DNA of 61,892 bases, counting the filler, from Nemertoderma westbladi (Eukaryota > Animalia > Xenacoelomorpha): NCBI GenBank assembly GCA_032718475.1. It is 3 parts of 3 records of this genome, joined end to end, with 100 filler letters (N's around TTAATTAATTAA, not from the genome) between each part and the next. Parts side by side here need not be neighbours in the genome. Positions count along the whole stretch, not along the records: positions 26,698 to 53,863 come from JAUCBJ010001130.1; positions 53,964 to 61,892 come from JAUCBJ010002428.1; 1 more part is not named here. The stretch is one strand, 5' to 3'. A program made the translations under genes and the position numbers. Every line of letters begins with the position of its first letter. Positions within the stretch are counted from its first letter, which is position 1. Under the pieces are notes generated by a model that did not search any database, was not told the DNA's origin, and worked only from the letters and a program-made list of their open reading frames with translations. Shown here piece after piece: positions 51,029-61,892 of the stretch.

Positions 51029-53592
51029 CGTCCGGTCTTCTTCTCCAGGACCTCATCTTTGCTAGAGATTGTTGTTACCGCCATTCTACTTGGCCTCGTT
51101 CTCAATCCTATCTCTTCGGCCACCCAATTTTCAACTAATGTGAAGGCAGCTCCACTATCGACCAGCATCAATGTGGTCACTGATCGATTGCCTTCCCCAA
51201 TCACTCGCACTGGTACTACCCCAAGTAGCACCGTTCCTCTCTTCTTCGCCCCTACTGTGCTCGTTGCCATCGTTTGGCCTTTGCTTTGACCGAACTTAAT
51301 TGGAGTCTCCTTGCATTGTCTAGCTCTATGTCCACCCATCACACATTGCGAGCAGATCTCATTTCTCGCCGCGTATTCTACCTGATCTTCCCTGGGTAGC
51401 GCTTGCCAGTAGCTACAGTTCATGGTTCGATGATGCGCATTTGTATGTAGCTGGCATTTGCTCTTTGGGTCGTAGCCGTCCTTGTACAGTGCATCGCGTA
51501 TCGCAGCTGTATTTGTACCAAAGTCCCTACTGTTTTTATTGTTTGGGTTCGGCCTACTGGGCGTACTGGGGTTATATTTATTTGTGTTGTTGTCCCTCCC
51601 CTGTCCACTCCATGATGTGGTCTTACCCCCGGCTACCTGTGGACTAGCAGTCCCCTGCGTCGCTGCGTATGGCAGTGATTGCCTGAGCTTCGGCAATGCG
51701 TTTGACGTGTTGTGTTCCGGCTTCGGTCTATGGTAATCTGTTCTCGGTCCCTTTCCCAGGCTATCCTCGCTATAGACTGGGTCGGTTATTAATTCAGCTT
51801 CGTAGTTTAAGAAGCTCGACATTTCTTCTAGACCCGGTTCCGCACCCTTCCTATCTCGAGTGGAGAAAGCGATCTTCCTCCACTTGTTGCGCAGCCATAT
51901 CGGTAGTGCCTGCGCTATCGTGGTGATGTTGTTGGACGCGTTAAGTTCGTATGGCGCGTCTAGCGTCTTTAGCATGATTAGCGCCTTCTTGACTTTGTTA
52001 GCGAATGTCTTTATGCTAACGGGATTATCCTGTAGGCCACCCGATGTTATGCCCCTCAGGGTTTGCCGGATGATCTTGGCCGGGTGCCCGTATTCCCTGT
52101 CCAGTGCCCGCCATGCCGTCGTGAAGCCGCCCTCTATGCCCTGGTATTGCCTCACGATGTCGTATGCTGGGCCTCCTGTATATACTTGCAGGTATTTTAG
52201 GCACTCCGCCTGCGTCAAGTTCTTTGTCAGTATTTCGTTACTATACATGCGCCGAAACTGTAGGTATTCTTCCGGCCTACTCCCATCGAATTTAAACGGT
52301 TCCACGGGTGGTAACTCGATCCTAGTTTTTAATGCATCGATCAACGTGGCCATCTCCATCGCCTGCGCTTCCAATGGGTTCGATGGATGTTGTATAGTTT
52401 CTACTGTCAGGTGCGGTCCATCCGCCCTATTTCCTGCCTTCCTCTGGCTTGGGTATATCATTGGGGGTAGTGGCCCCCTCTATATCTCTGTGTCGCATGA
52501 CCTATTTCCATCCAAGGGGTTCGTTGTTCTTGCTCCTATTGGGGTATATTGTTGATATTGTGATGGGGGAATGTCACCCTGTCCCCCCCCCCCCACCGGT
52601 ATGTTTGGTACTGGGGTTGATGGTAATATATTAGGGCCCATGCACCTATCCGCAATAATTCCCCCCTCCCCTGGGTATATGTTATGTCCCTGCATGCTGT
52701 AGTCATACTGCTGTGCTGGTACCGGTATAGGCCTATCAGCTTCTGGCCTACCTGCCGGTATGTACTCCGCGACTTCCGGGTTTAATCCCGTCGACCGCGC
52801 TATCCTATCGCCTACATTATTCCTGTCAGCATGGCCTATGGTATGTGCAGTAAGGCCTACAGTATGTCCTACAGTCTGTATGTGTCTCTCGGGATCGAAG
52901 TTTATTCTTCTCGAATAATCCTCCCCGCGGCTACCGTATTCTCGATCGGTAGGTATTTCCCGTCGGAAAGTTTCTCTTTGACTCTCGCTCTCGTGCCGGT
53001 ACATCCTGTAACCCTCTCTCTGCGCGCAATACGCCTCGTCAGGTCGCGTCTCTCCGGGGCGACGGCAATCTCCCGAAGTTCGACCCCACCGACTCTCTGT
53101 TCCCATCTTGACTATCGACGGCTCGCTATCCGTCCTCGCTCTCATATCGCCCGCGGCGATACTTCCCCTACTTTCTTCTCGTCTTCTCTCTCCAGTGCAG
53201 TATTCCCGCTCGTGAGATCTCTCATCGACCTCCCGGTTAAACTCCACTGTTCTTCTTCCCTCTTCTGATCGGTCTCGATGCTTCGTCCGCCCTCTCGCGA
53301 CGTCAACCTGCCTCTCTCTGCTCGATCGCACGCCGCTGGGGATACTCGCAATCCCCCTATTACTCTCCGTCGCCGGGTGTTGCGGTTTACCTGATTCGGC
53401 CCGCACATTATCCGCCGACGCCTGTGGGACACTCTCTGCCCCCCCCCCCCCTCTCTCTACTAATCTCTCGCGGTGGGGTGTCCGTAGACCCCCCCCCCCC
53501 CACTCGCTACTTCTTACTTCACTATCTCTTACTTCACTTCTACACCCCTCTCCAGTCGACACAATGTTTCCACTGCGGCTAGGTCTATTCAC
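51001..53592 (-). pseudogene. gag: BEL/Pao gag + protease; in-frame TAG at 52480, frameshift near 51020, true start not identified
   Basis: LPPVEPFKFDG..LKYLQVYTGGPA..LDREYG; knuckles CQLHTNAHHRTMNC and CSQCVMGGHRARQC; VVPVRV..MLVDSGAAFTLV. ORFs 52480-53592 and 51001-52461 share a frame. Confidence 0.88.
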
Positions 53593-53863
53593 CCCCCGCT
53601 TCTCTCTCTACTGCCACCTGGCCTACCAGGCCCCCCTCGGGTCGACTCGACCCCCGGCACCCCCTGCCTACCAACTACGTGGCCTACCAGGCCGCCGTCT
53701 GTCGGGTTGTACACGTCCGACGCGTTCACGTTAATAGCACCCATATTAGAAACAGAATTATTTGTTCATTCGAAATAAAATCATTTGAATTATTTTGCGC
53801 GACTGTCACTATTCGAATTATTTTGTAAATTCGGGTTTGGATCATTATTTAAATTATTTGAGT

Positions 53864-53963
53864 NNNNNNNNNNNNNNNNNNNNNNNNNNNNNNNNNNNNN
53901 NNNNNNNTTAATTAATTAANNNNNNNNNNNNNNNNNNNNNNNNNNNNNNNNNNNNNNNNNNNN
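53864..53963. other. Artificial spacer N44-TTAATTAATTAA-N44
   Basis: Identical in design to 26598-26697. Confidence 0.97.
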
Positions 53964-53973
53964 CAACACATCA

Positions 53974-54218
53974 GGGAGGAGTACGGAACTAATGGTGAGG
54001 AGTACGGAAATAGTGGGGAGGAGTACGGAACTAGTGGGGAGGAGTACGGAACTAATGGTGAGGAGTACGGAAATAGTGGGGAGGAGTACGGAACTAGTGG
54101 GGAGGAGTACGGAACTAGTGGGAAGGAGTACAGAAATAGTGGGGAGGAGTACGGAACTAGTGGGGAGGAGTACGGAACTAGTGGGAGAAGTACGGAAATA
54201 GTGGGAGAAGTACGGAAC
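53974..54218. repeat. 21-bp minisatellite (GGGGAGGAGTACGGAACTAGT)
   Basis: About 11-12 tandem copies. Confidence 0.92.
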
Positions 54219-55801
54219 CTTTGGTATAGTAGTTCGATTTTGTCAAATTCATTCCTACTGTTGATATATAGTAATTATATTTTATTATTCTAGAATAATT
54301 TATTTATTACCTAGTCACAGTCAGTATAGCAACTACAAATTGACAGATATTCCCGTTTGTGTACAAATCAACAATTTAACGATATTGGTAATTTAATCAT
54401 TCGAGATCTTGCCACTGTTACTGCTTCAACTATGATAAGTGTTTAATAATAGTTTAGTGTTTTAAAATCCGATATAATTCACTAGATATTTAGCTAAATT
54501 TTTTAGAAGCTAAAATAATTTTTACTGGCATTCCGCATTAGTACACTTTTGGGTACCCACCCATAGTTTGACCAATTTATTTGACAAATATTTGACAGTA
54601 GGATGCTAGCTAGTAATTTTGATTTTGTGTTAGCTAGTACTTTTTATAAGATATTTAGAAAAATTACAAGACATGCAGACAATTAAGATTCAATATACTA
54701 TTCTATTAATGGTAGCTAATGAATTAGTATACCTATTTAGCCTATTAGTCTATTTAGAACATCAAACTCAACTGTGTTTTTGTGCGTTATATGTTCTAGA
54801 TTAACAAGCGCGAAATCGCTCAAAGGTCCGCGTCTACTAACGCATGAACTACCTCCGTGAATGGCTTACTACCAATCTTACAACAAAAAAACATTCACCA
54901 AGTCCCTCGCACTGCCAACTGAGCCACTGGGGCCGTACCAAGCCTTAATACCAAAACCTATCTGGAAATTAACAACAACAACAACAACGGAATGAATACT
55001 AGAGGTCTACGAGGACCTAATAATAATGTAGTTTCTAAGAGGACTCATCTATCAGACTATTTTTTTCCCCAAAACATGTTCCAGAACAAAAAAAAATGTG
55101 TTCTAGATCAAAAATATTTATCAAAATCGATAGCTAACACAACAGATTTATAAAAAAAATTGAAAAAACTAGCAAGTATAAAAAATAAAAAAATGCGTTC
55201 TAGAACAAAAAAAATGAGTTCTAGAACAAAAAAATGAGTTCTAGAACAAAAATATTTGTCAAAATTGATTGCTAACACGTGTTCTTCACAGTTATAAAAA
55301 AAATGAGTAAAAATTAGCTAGAATAAAAAATCTACCGTAGTCAATGGGTACCCAACCCAAGGTGTACCAATGCCTTTTTACTAGCTCTCTCTCTCTCTCT
55401 CTCTCTACTTTAAAATTTATGGTGAAGTGAAGTGAACATGAACCATATAATACGAAGCAACAAAAATCAAAAATTTTCAAAATGTTTCTTTAATGAGTGG
55501 GCTGGACTGCAAAAGCACTCTACTCTGCTAGTGGCAGCCTAAAAAATTAAAAATTATTTTTCAAATATATAAATTAGCTCCCGGTACTGTAAAAAAGCAT
55601 TTTTTTTAAACAGAACTCACCCAAAAAAAATATTTTAAAAATTAAAAAAAAAAACACTAGCTACCGCTACCAAAAAAAAATACTAGCTAGCTAAACATTA
55701 AAAACAGTAGTTAGCTTGTAGCAAGATTGAATAACAATTAGTCACTATAATGATGTTCAATATTGATCAATGAGAACAGCAGATAAAATCCAAACTCAAA
55801 G

Positions 55802-55920
55802 GGTACTGGTGCAGTATGCGTACACCCCCCACCAAATTGTATCTACTAGCTAGTTCCATTTTCAAAAACTATTAAGTACATCAAATTTGGTGGGGTGTGT
55901 ACGCATACTGCACCAGTACC
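55802..55920. repeat. ~37-bp inverted repeat with ~45-bp spacer
   Basis: ggtactggtgcagtatgcgtacacc..caccaaatt / aatttggtgg..gtgtacgcatactgcaccagtacc. Confidence 0.85.
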
Positions 55921-56511
55921 GGTCGGTACCATCTCAAAGTCTCAAACAATAAATAAATAGTATCGGTAACTAAATAATGAAACAGATTCGAGTATAAAAA
56001 ACACTTATAAAAATTGGCATCATAAAATCGAGATTTAAATTTACGGGATTTGAGGTGGCAGAACTGAATATCAATCATCGTTAATGTTAACACAATATTT
56101 ATTGAATGAGTAACAACTAGCTAACCTACACGTCATCAAACGGATAAAGGTAACGATGGTTGTTATAACAACTAATAAACGACACATTATTATTGCCAAG
56201 ACTTCCAAGAATAAATTCTAACACAAGGTTTTTTAATAGTTATTACAAAGTTGTGCATTTATTTCCCCAGAATACATTGGCTGTTAGATAAACAATACAT
56301 TTTATCAGTTGAAGTGTATACTGAGAATAATAATATAGTTCAATGATGAATGCGCCAGGTAATAGCAAATTGAAAATATTCCCTGAATAGCAAATCGTAT
56401 AGAACGAACCTGGGTACCCAACCCACCAACCAGGTAACTCTACCGAATCATTCACGAGTGCATTCACATAGGAAATAATATAAACATAGGATAGTGGAAT
56501 AAAAGAACAGA

Positions 56512-56907
56512 TTATGCTATACTCCCGTTGATTAGAGTATACACACACAGTTCCCACCCACCTGGCAAGCCATGCATCCCTTTGGGAAAAGCAGCAGGAG
56601 CCGGTACCGGTACCCATTGCACATTACCGCCGGGTGAATGGGCGTCACAGTTGGATTGGTCGCAAGCGGCCATGAGAGGTATTGCGTGAGCGTGATAGTG
56701 CCACTCCCCGGAACCTTGGTTGCAGCAGACGTCGCAGATATCGTCGCACCCTTCAGGTACAAACTCATCCGCTAAGGGGTTCAGTTTCGGTGCGTCTTTC
56801 TCTGACACATCGAGATCCGTGAGTTTTTTACATATAACATCGGACAGCGGAGAACAAAGTGGACCTATAACGTAGAAGTTTGAGCTACACTGATGATATG
56901 CGTACAT
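56512..56907 (-). CDS. Small Cys/His-rich protein with PAM2-like motif (131 aa), unknown family
   Basis: GC-richer ATG-initiated ORF in AT-rich DNA containing KLNPLADEFVP. TATTTAAA lies ~40 nt upstream and AATAAA downstream (~56260, ~56100). Confidence 0.5.
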   Translation of the reverse strand: MYAYHQCSSNFYVIGPLCSPLSDVICKKLTDLDVSEKDAPKLNPLADEFVPEGCDDICDVCCNQGSGEWHYHAHAIPLMAACDQSNCDAHSPGGNVQWVPVPAPAAFPKGMHGLPGGWELCVYTLINGSIA

Positions 56908-56969
56908 AGACCATTGGTGAATAAATTATAACTCCACCACCTATATTTAAATAGTGAAATACTGAGACA

Positions 56970-57186
56970 GGGGGGGGGGGGGGGAACTCGACGCAAAACC
57001 CGCCTTGGCGTAATATCCTCAATTTAGGGAAAGGAGCAGGTTACAGTGGCACGTTACTTTAACCAAAACAATAAACTAAACACAATAGAACAGGTAACAG
57101 TTTTATTTTTGAGAGTAATCAGCTGTTATTTGCGTCGAATTTCCTCTGGAGAGGGATGAATTTTTATTGCGTCCAGTCCCCCCCCC
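56970..57186. mobile_element. Small MITE-like element
   Basis: ggggaactcgacgcaa on the left; ttgcgtcgaatttcc and ttgcgtccagtcccc inverted on the right. Confidence 0.4.
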
Positions 57187-57826
57187 TATCTGGAAATACT
57201 ACAAAGCATATGTTAATTACAAAATCCCAATAATGCTTAATAACTCCATTGAATTGCTAATTGCTATATAATTTTTATACAGCAATATAAACTGGATCTG
57301 AAACTTTAAATCGTTTCGGTTACCGCCCCAAACATAGATAATATTACTATAAATCGAGAATTGTTTGGGCAGCCAGATATAGTTCTGATCTCACCTGAAT
57401 TACCGCAAATTTATGAATTGTTTTTTGGAAGTGAAGATTTTTTATTCAAATTTACGTTGTTCGCTAAAATATAATTGTGCCAAAAATGAATTCAGTGTCA
57501 AAATGTGCTTCCTTTAAAACCCTTTCTTATCGAATAAAATTAATTAATGTAACAATTGTAACAAATAAAAAAGACTGATTATTACATATGGAAACTGATA
57601 ATTATTTAATAATTTTGGTCAAAAAACAATGTTATACGCGTAGGGTGGAAACTTAAATGGGGAAAAAACCAAAATTTTCGAATTTCAAAATTGTAACAAT
57701 TTTTTTCGATGAACGGTCCTAATTTAAGATGTTTGACACCATTTTTACCTCCCCACATCAATTTTCCATAAAATACCCCAGGGGTTTTTTAAATGACCCA
57801 TATCGATCTGTTACTATCAATTGAAG

Positions 57827-58491
57827 TCTCTGATCGGATGAGCATAAGCTCAAAGGATGGTATGCTTGAGCATGTGGACGACTTCTGTTACCTGGGATCA
57901 TGGATCCGGAAGTCAGGTGAGGACCTTCGAATACGTAAGGGAAAGGCATGGGCAGCCTCTAATAGGCTTTCCAGGATTTGGAAGTCACCAAGAATTAATC
58001 GGAAACTTAAAGTCCGATTATTTAGAGCAGCAGTAGTTCCAGTACTCTTCTATGGGAGTCCATGCTGAGCTCTAACTGCTGAGGACACCAAATCTCTGGA
58101 TGGCACATTCACAAGAATGCTACGCCGGGTTCATTGTGTCAAGTACAATGAACACATCTCCAACCAGACACTATATAACAATGGAGGTGTCTCATTGGTT
58201 CCCCCAAGCTTGACACCAGAACAAAATCGCCTCCGCTTTGCAGGACATTGCTTTCGCCGTGAGGACCAGCCAGTGCATAATCTTGTACTTTGGCAGCCTT
58301 ATGGAGTGAATAAGCATAGTGGACAACCCATGACTTTCTTGAGACGCATCTCTAAGGACACCGGCCTTGAAGATGCGGATGATCTAGCAAATGTCATGGG
58401 TCATAAGGAGTTGAGGCAGCGCAATTTTGTCGACAAGCCGGCACAGCATTCTTAAAAATGCAGCTGCAATGCAGCATGCCGATCCAAGTAG
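57827..58491 (+). mobile_element. RTE-like LINE family B 3' fragment, copy 3, 12-bp TSD
   Basis: Near-identical to copies 1 and 2, with TGA at 58066. TSD TATCAATTGAAG at 57815-57826 and 58492-58503. Confidence 0.9.
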
Positions 58492-58549
58492 TATCAATTG
58501 AAGGTAAAAGGCAATTTGTCAGTCCATCAGTCATCGTATGACATCAATT

Positions 58550-59390
58550 TTAGTCTCATTGGAACCGCAATGGACGATTTAGTGGGGGTATATGAGATTC
58601 TCGAAGCCATCAAACCATAATTGTGGAAGCTGGAGTCAAATTTATTTCAAAATTTCCAAAAAATAAGGGAAATTCAATGAAAAAGACCAAAATGTCCGTT
58701 TTGACACTTCTCTTTATCGTATGAAGTCTGTAATAGGTAATCTAATAAGTATCTAATAAATGTTAGTCTCATTCGAACAGCAATGGTCGATTTAGTGGGG
58801 GTAGATGAGATTCTAGAAGCTCTCAAACCAATATTTTATAAGATAGAGTCAAATTTATTTACATATATTATCTATAGGCTCTAGGCCTATATATTAATAA
58901 TGAAACAATTTACTACAGCTAGTCATTATTCATTCAGACATACTTAAAAGACATGTGCGGCACCAAGCAGACCTAACCCCACTAAATCGATGATTGCGCT
59001 TCGAATGAGCCTAAAATTAGCGCTGTACGACCAACAGAGGTAATATTACAGATTATTACGTAAAAAAAGGCTATCGCTTCATATTTTGGAGTCACAATTT
59101 GTCGTATTTGGCCAAATTACATACTAAAAAGACGGAAAGAAACAGCGCCAAGCAGCTCCAGGGCTCCAGCTCCACCCCCACTAAATCAATGATTGCGGTT
59201 CGAATGAGCCACACGTGAGCTCTGTGCGGCCAACACAATTAATATTAGATACAACACGAACACAGTTAAATCAACCGAATATGGGCTTAAGAACAACACT
59301 TTTGAGCCAAAATTCGTGAAAAAAGTTCATGGCAAAAACATTTTGAAAAATTAATTTTTATCAACTTCTACCTACACTAAATCGATGGTC
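58550..59390. repeat. Direct and inverted ~40-bp repeats of a foldback-like non-autonomous element
   Basis: ctcatt.gaac.gcaatgg.cgatttagtggggg at ~58555 and ~58768. Reverse-complement cccactaaatc.atgattgcg.ttcgaatgag at ~58978 and ~59177. Confidence 0.6.
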
Positions 59391-59480
59391 TAAAGGGTAG
59401 TAGGCCATGGTCTAAAGGCTAGTAGGCCATGGTCTAAAGGGTAGTAGGCCATGGTCTAAAGGGTAGTATGCCATGGTCTC
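59385..59480. repeat. 22-23 bp tandem repeat (CCATGGTCTAAAGGGTAGTAGG)
   Basis: 4-5 copies visible. Confidence 0.88.
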
Positions 59481-61892
59481 ATTTAATAGTTCTCCTCAAG
59501 TGAAATCTACACGTATAAAAACAATAAGTATTACACATTCATTGCAATCAGTAGTAACAAATAAGAGTGGACAATGAACATATGTATTATAATTATAGTT
59601 GCCTATTATGGGTATATGGCGTGTGATCGTTAACTACATCTACCATACATGCTACAAAGACCACCTGGGGCGAGCTATCTATTTGTCCCGTAAGCACTAC
59701 GTAGGATAACTGCGGAAAGAAAAAGCAAAAACGTATGGTAGGTATCCAAATGGATTAATAAAAATTCAGCTCAACTCAAATTTATAGTTATATAAAAATT
59801 TAATTAAATTAAAAAAATTATAACAAATTTAAAAAATTAAATTGTAATATAAAATTAATCAAGGAACTATATCCACAGCCAGTATAAATAAAATATTTAA
59901 CAATAAATTGGTACCGGTGCATTGCAATACAATTTAAACCAGTCATACATATTATATACTACATTTAGGTAAAAAAATAATACTCAGAGCGAAATTACTT
60001 AGCTTAATGCAGAGTCTAACGTTTAAGTGTGTTTGCTTGTCTATGAATTTAAAGATTCAGACAGACATACAAATACAAAACAGTGAACCAGACATAGAAG
60101 TAAAATAAAAAAAGATAAGATTAAGACTTAAATTCAATCTAATAGATATCACCAATTATATACTATATGGCTGCCCCTTTAGCATCATATATTATAATAT
60201 AATATATAAATTTGAGATCTGTTTGGAGAATTAAAGGACGGCCAGCTAGATAGTCTGTATGGATTCCCCTCGAAAGTTTCAAGTTCAAAGGTTACAAAAT
60301 CGCATGCGGAAGTCGTGCATGTAAAGTAAATAGTAATAATTATAGAAAATAGAGGTGTGGTCAATGATTGGAATATCTCCATGTACGTACACTGCACGCA
60401 TAGAAACACTTGTTTATTGTTAATCTGGCTGTGAATCTTGAGTGTACTTTTCCCTCAATTAAAATTACGCATTTGGTATGCATTCCGGTACGCAAAAAAA
60501 AACGTTTTCCCTCAAAGTCAGCAGTGGGAGTAAAGAAAGAGTTGGATTGTTATTGAATATGTTCATCCTTGGGAGTTAGTGAGGCGCTTTTGAAACCTAT
60601 TCCCATTGTAACCAGTGACACTGGACCATTGTAACTCGGAACCGTAAAGGGGGAGGGGGGGGGGGGGGGTCTTCGAAATTTGGATATCTTCAGAAGACAG
60701 GGAGCGGGAAGGGGATAAGCTAATTTTTATATTAACCATTTAATTTACCACTGCAACGAATGTGTAAGATACCAGATTGGCAATAAGATACCATCAACCA
60801 ATACATATCCACCAATAAAACTTGTAGACAGAATTTTAAAACTTTAAATTTTTTTCAGTGTAAGTTATATTTTGAGCCGATATTTGAAAAAATATGGTCC
60901 CAAAATAAAACAAATTTTATCTTTTAGTTACCATTACACTTCTGATCAAAGTTTCAAACTTATGTCTACAAGATTTATTGGTCAACATGTCAAGACCATT
61001 CACTTATAATTTGAAACGAATTGATTGAAAAATGACGGAGTAGATAGATTTAGAAAAATGTAACCCTTTTTTCAAAAAAATCTGAATAAAATTGGCAGGA
61101 AATTCAAATTTATATTTTTTATATTATATATTATTTATAAATTGAAACTTTCAAACGAATTGATTAAAAAATTACGGAGTAGATAGATTTTGAGTGAAGC
61201 TAAAAACGAGAAATAATAATTCTGAATAAAATGGGTATCAGTTGGAACTTCCCAGCGCAAAATCCTGTGTGATTGCCAATATCAATTAATTAAAATAGTT
61301 ATTTATTTATGAATGATATTAAAGGAAGCAGACAGCTGGAATTATCACTATACTGGATATTTCGTAAATTGTAAAGAGTCAGTTTTCAAGTTTGGCAAAA
61401 TCTAGTCTGTCTGTCTGGCTGGCTGTCTGTTGGTTTGTCCGTCAAAATATAGTAAAACACACGAAATATCTAAACGTTTCGCTATGGGGATTATCCTGGT
61501 CGGTGATTTTATTCCCGATGTCAGTATTCATTTTGGTTGAATTTTGTCTGTCAATCCATCCTGCCTGACGGCCTGCCTTTTTGTCTGCTCGAATGCACGT
61601 GAACATACAAAAAACACACATTTCAGATGCTAATATTTTCATATTGGGGGTTTTCGGGGTCGCTGATTTCATTTCCATATTGATGTTTGGCAAAATCTAG
61701 TCTGTCTGTTGTTTGTCGGAAAACACATCTCTGGAAAATAATGTTAATTTTATTTTTATGGAAACATGCCGATGCCATAGTATAATCGAATCGTCATATA
61801 CAGTATCTACAAAAGTAAACACATTGAGAAGTAAAAACTTCCATATTCGGATTTGCCTTAAGATTCTGCATTAAAATCGACCAAAATAGGGC

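Larger units (their letters stand above)
42141..53860 (-). mobile_element. BEL/Pao LTR retrotransposon 2 with an additional 3' ORF; 5' LTR not seen (spacer)
   Basis: gag-PR-RT-RH-IN order, then an extra ORF, then a candidate 3' LTR ending ...CCCGTCACA at 42141 where composition changes abruptly. The inner LTR edge is uncertain (42461 or ~43433). Confidence 0.8.

Noticed and set aside
1-53592. Alternative genetic code explaining the in-frame stops in both BEL elements
   Set aside because: All three stop types occur, frameshifts co-occur in element 2, and TAA/TAG terminate the transporter and LINE ORFs normally.
61240-61892. AT-rich element resembling 23830-24470 and 13600-14800 (ggttttc..ggtcgctgat, ctgtctgtc motifs)
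   Set aside because: Probably non-autonomous DNA transposon pieces, but ends, TIRs and TSDs could not be defined.

Overview
Repeat-rich eukaryotic DNA, most likely from an invertebrate animal. Two 100-nt artificial N44-TTAATTAATTAA-N44 spacers (26598-26697, 53864-53963) split it into three pieces whose true adjacency is unproven. It holds two decayed minus-strand BEL/Pao LTR retrotransposons (1-8637 and ~42141-53860). The second carries, downstream of pol and a hairpin-unit tandem array, an uninterrupted ~854-869 aa extra ORF. That ORF combines a DEDDy (WRN/EXD-like) 3'-5' exonuclease-like domain with three CCHC zinc knuckles and is the most unusual item. Host-type genes: a two-exon SLC18B1-like MFS transporter, an Ig/FN3 cell-surface gene whose middle Ig exon is inverted between 33-bp inverted duplications next to an RTE LINE, a degenerate fibrinogen-domain exon, and a small Cys-rich ORF with a PAM2 motif. 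Also present: RTE and CR1-type LINE pieces, a solo-LTR relic, a non-autonomous hAT element, Penelope-type hammerhead-like motifs and several satellites. All family assignments come from motif recognition by eye; no searches were run.
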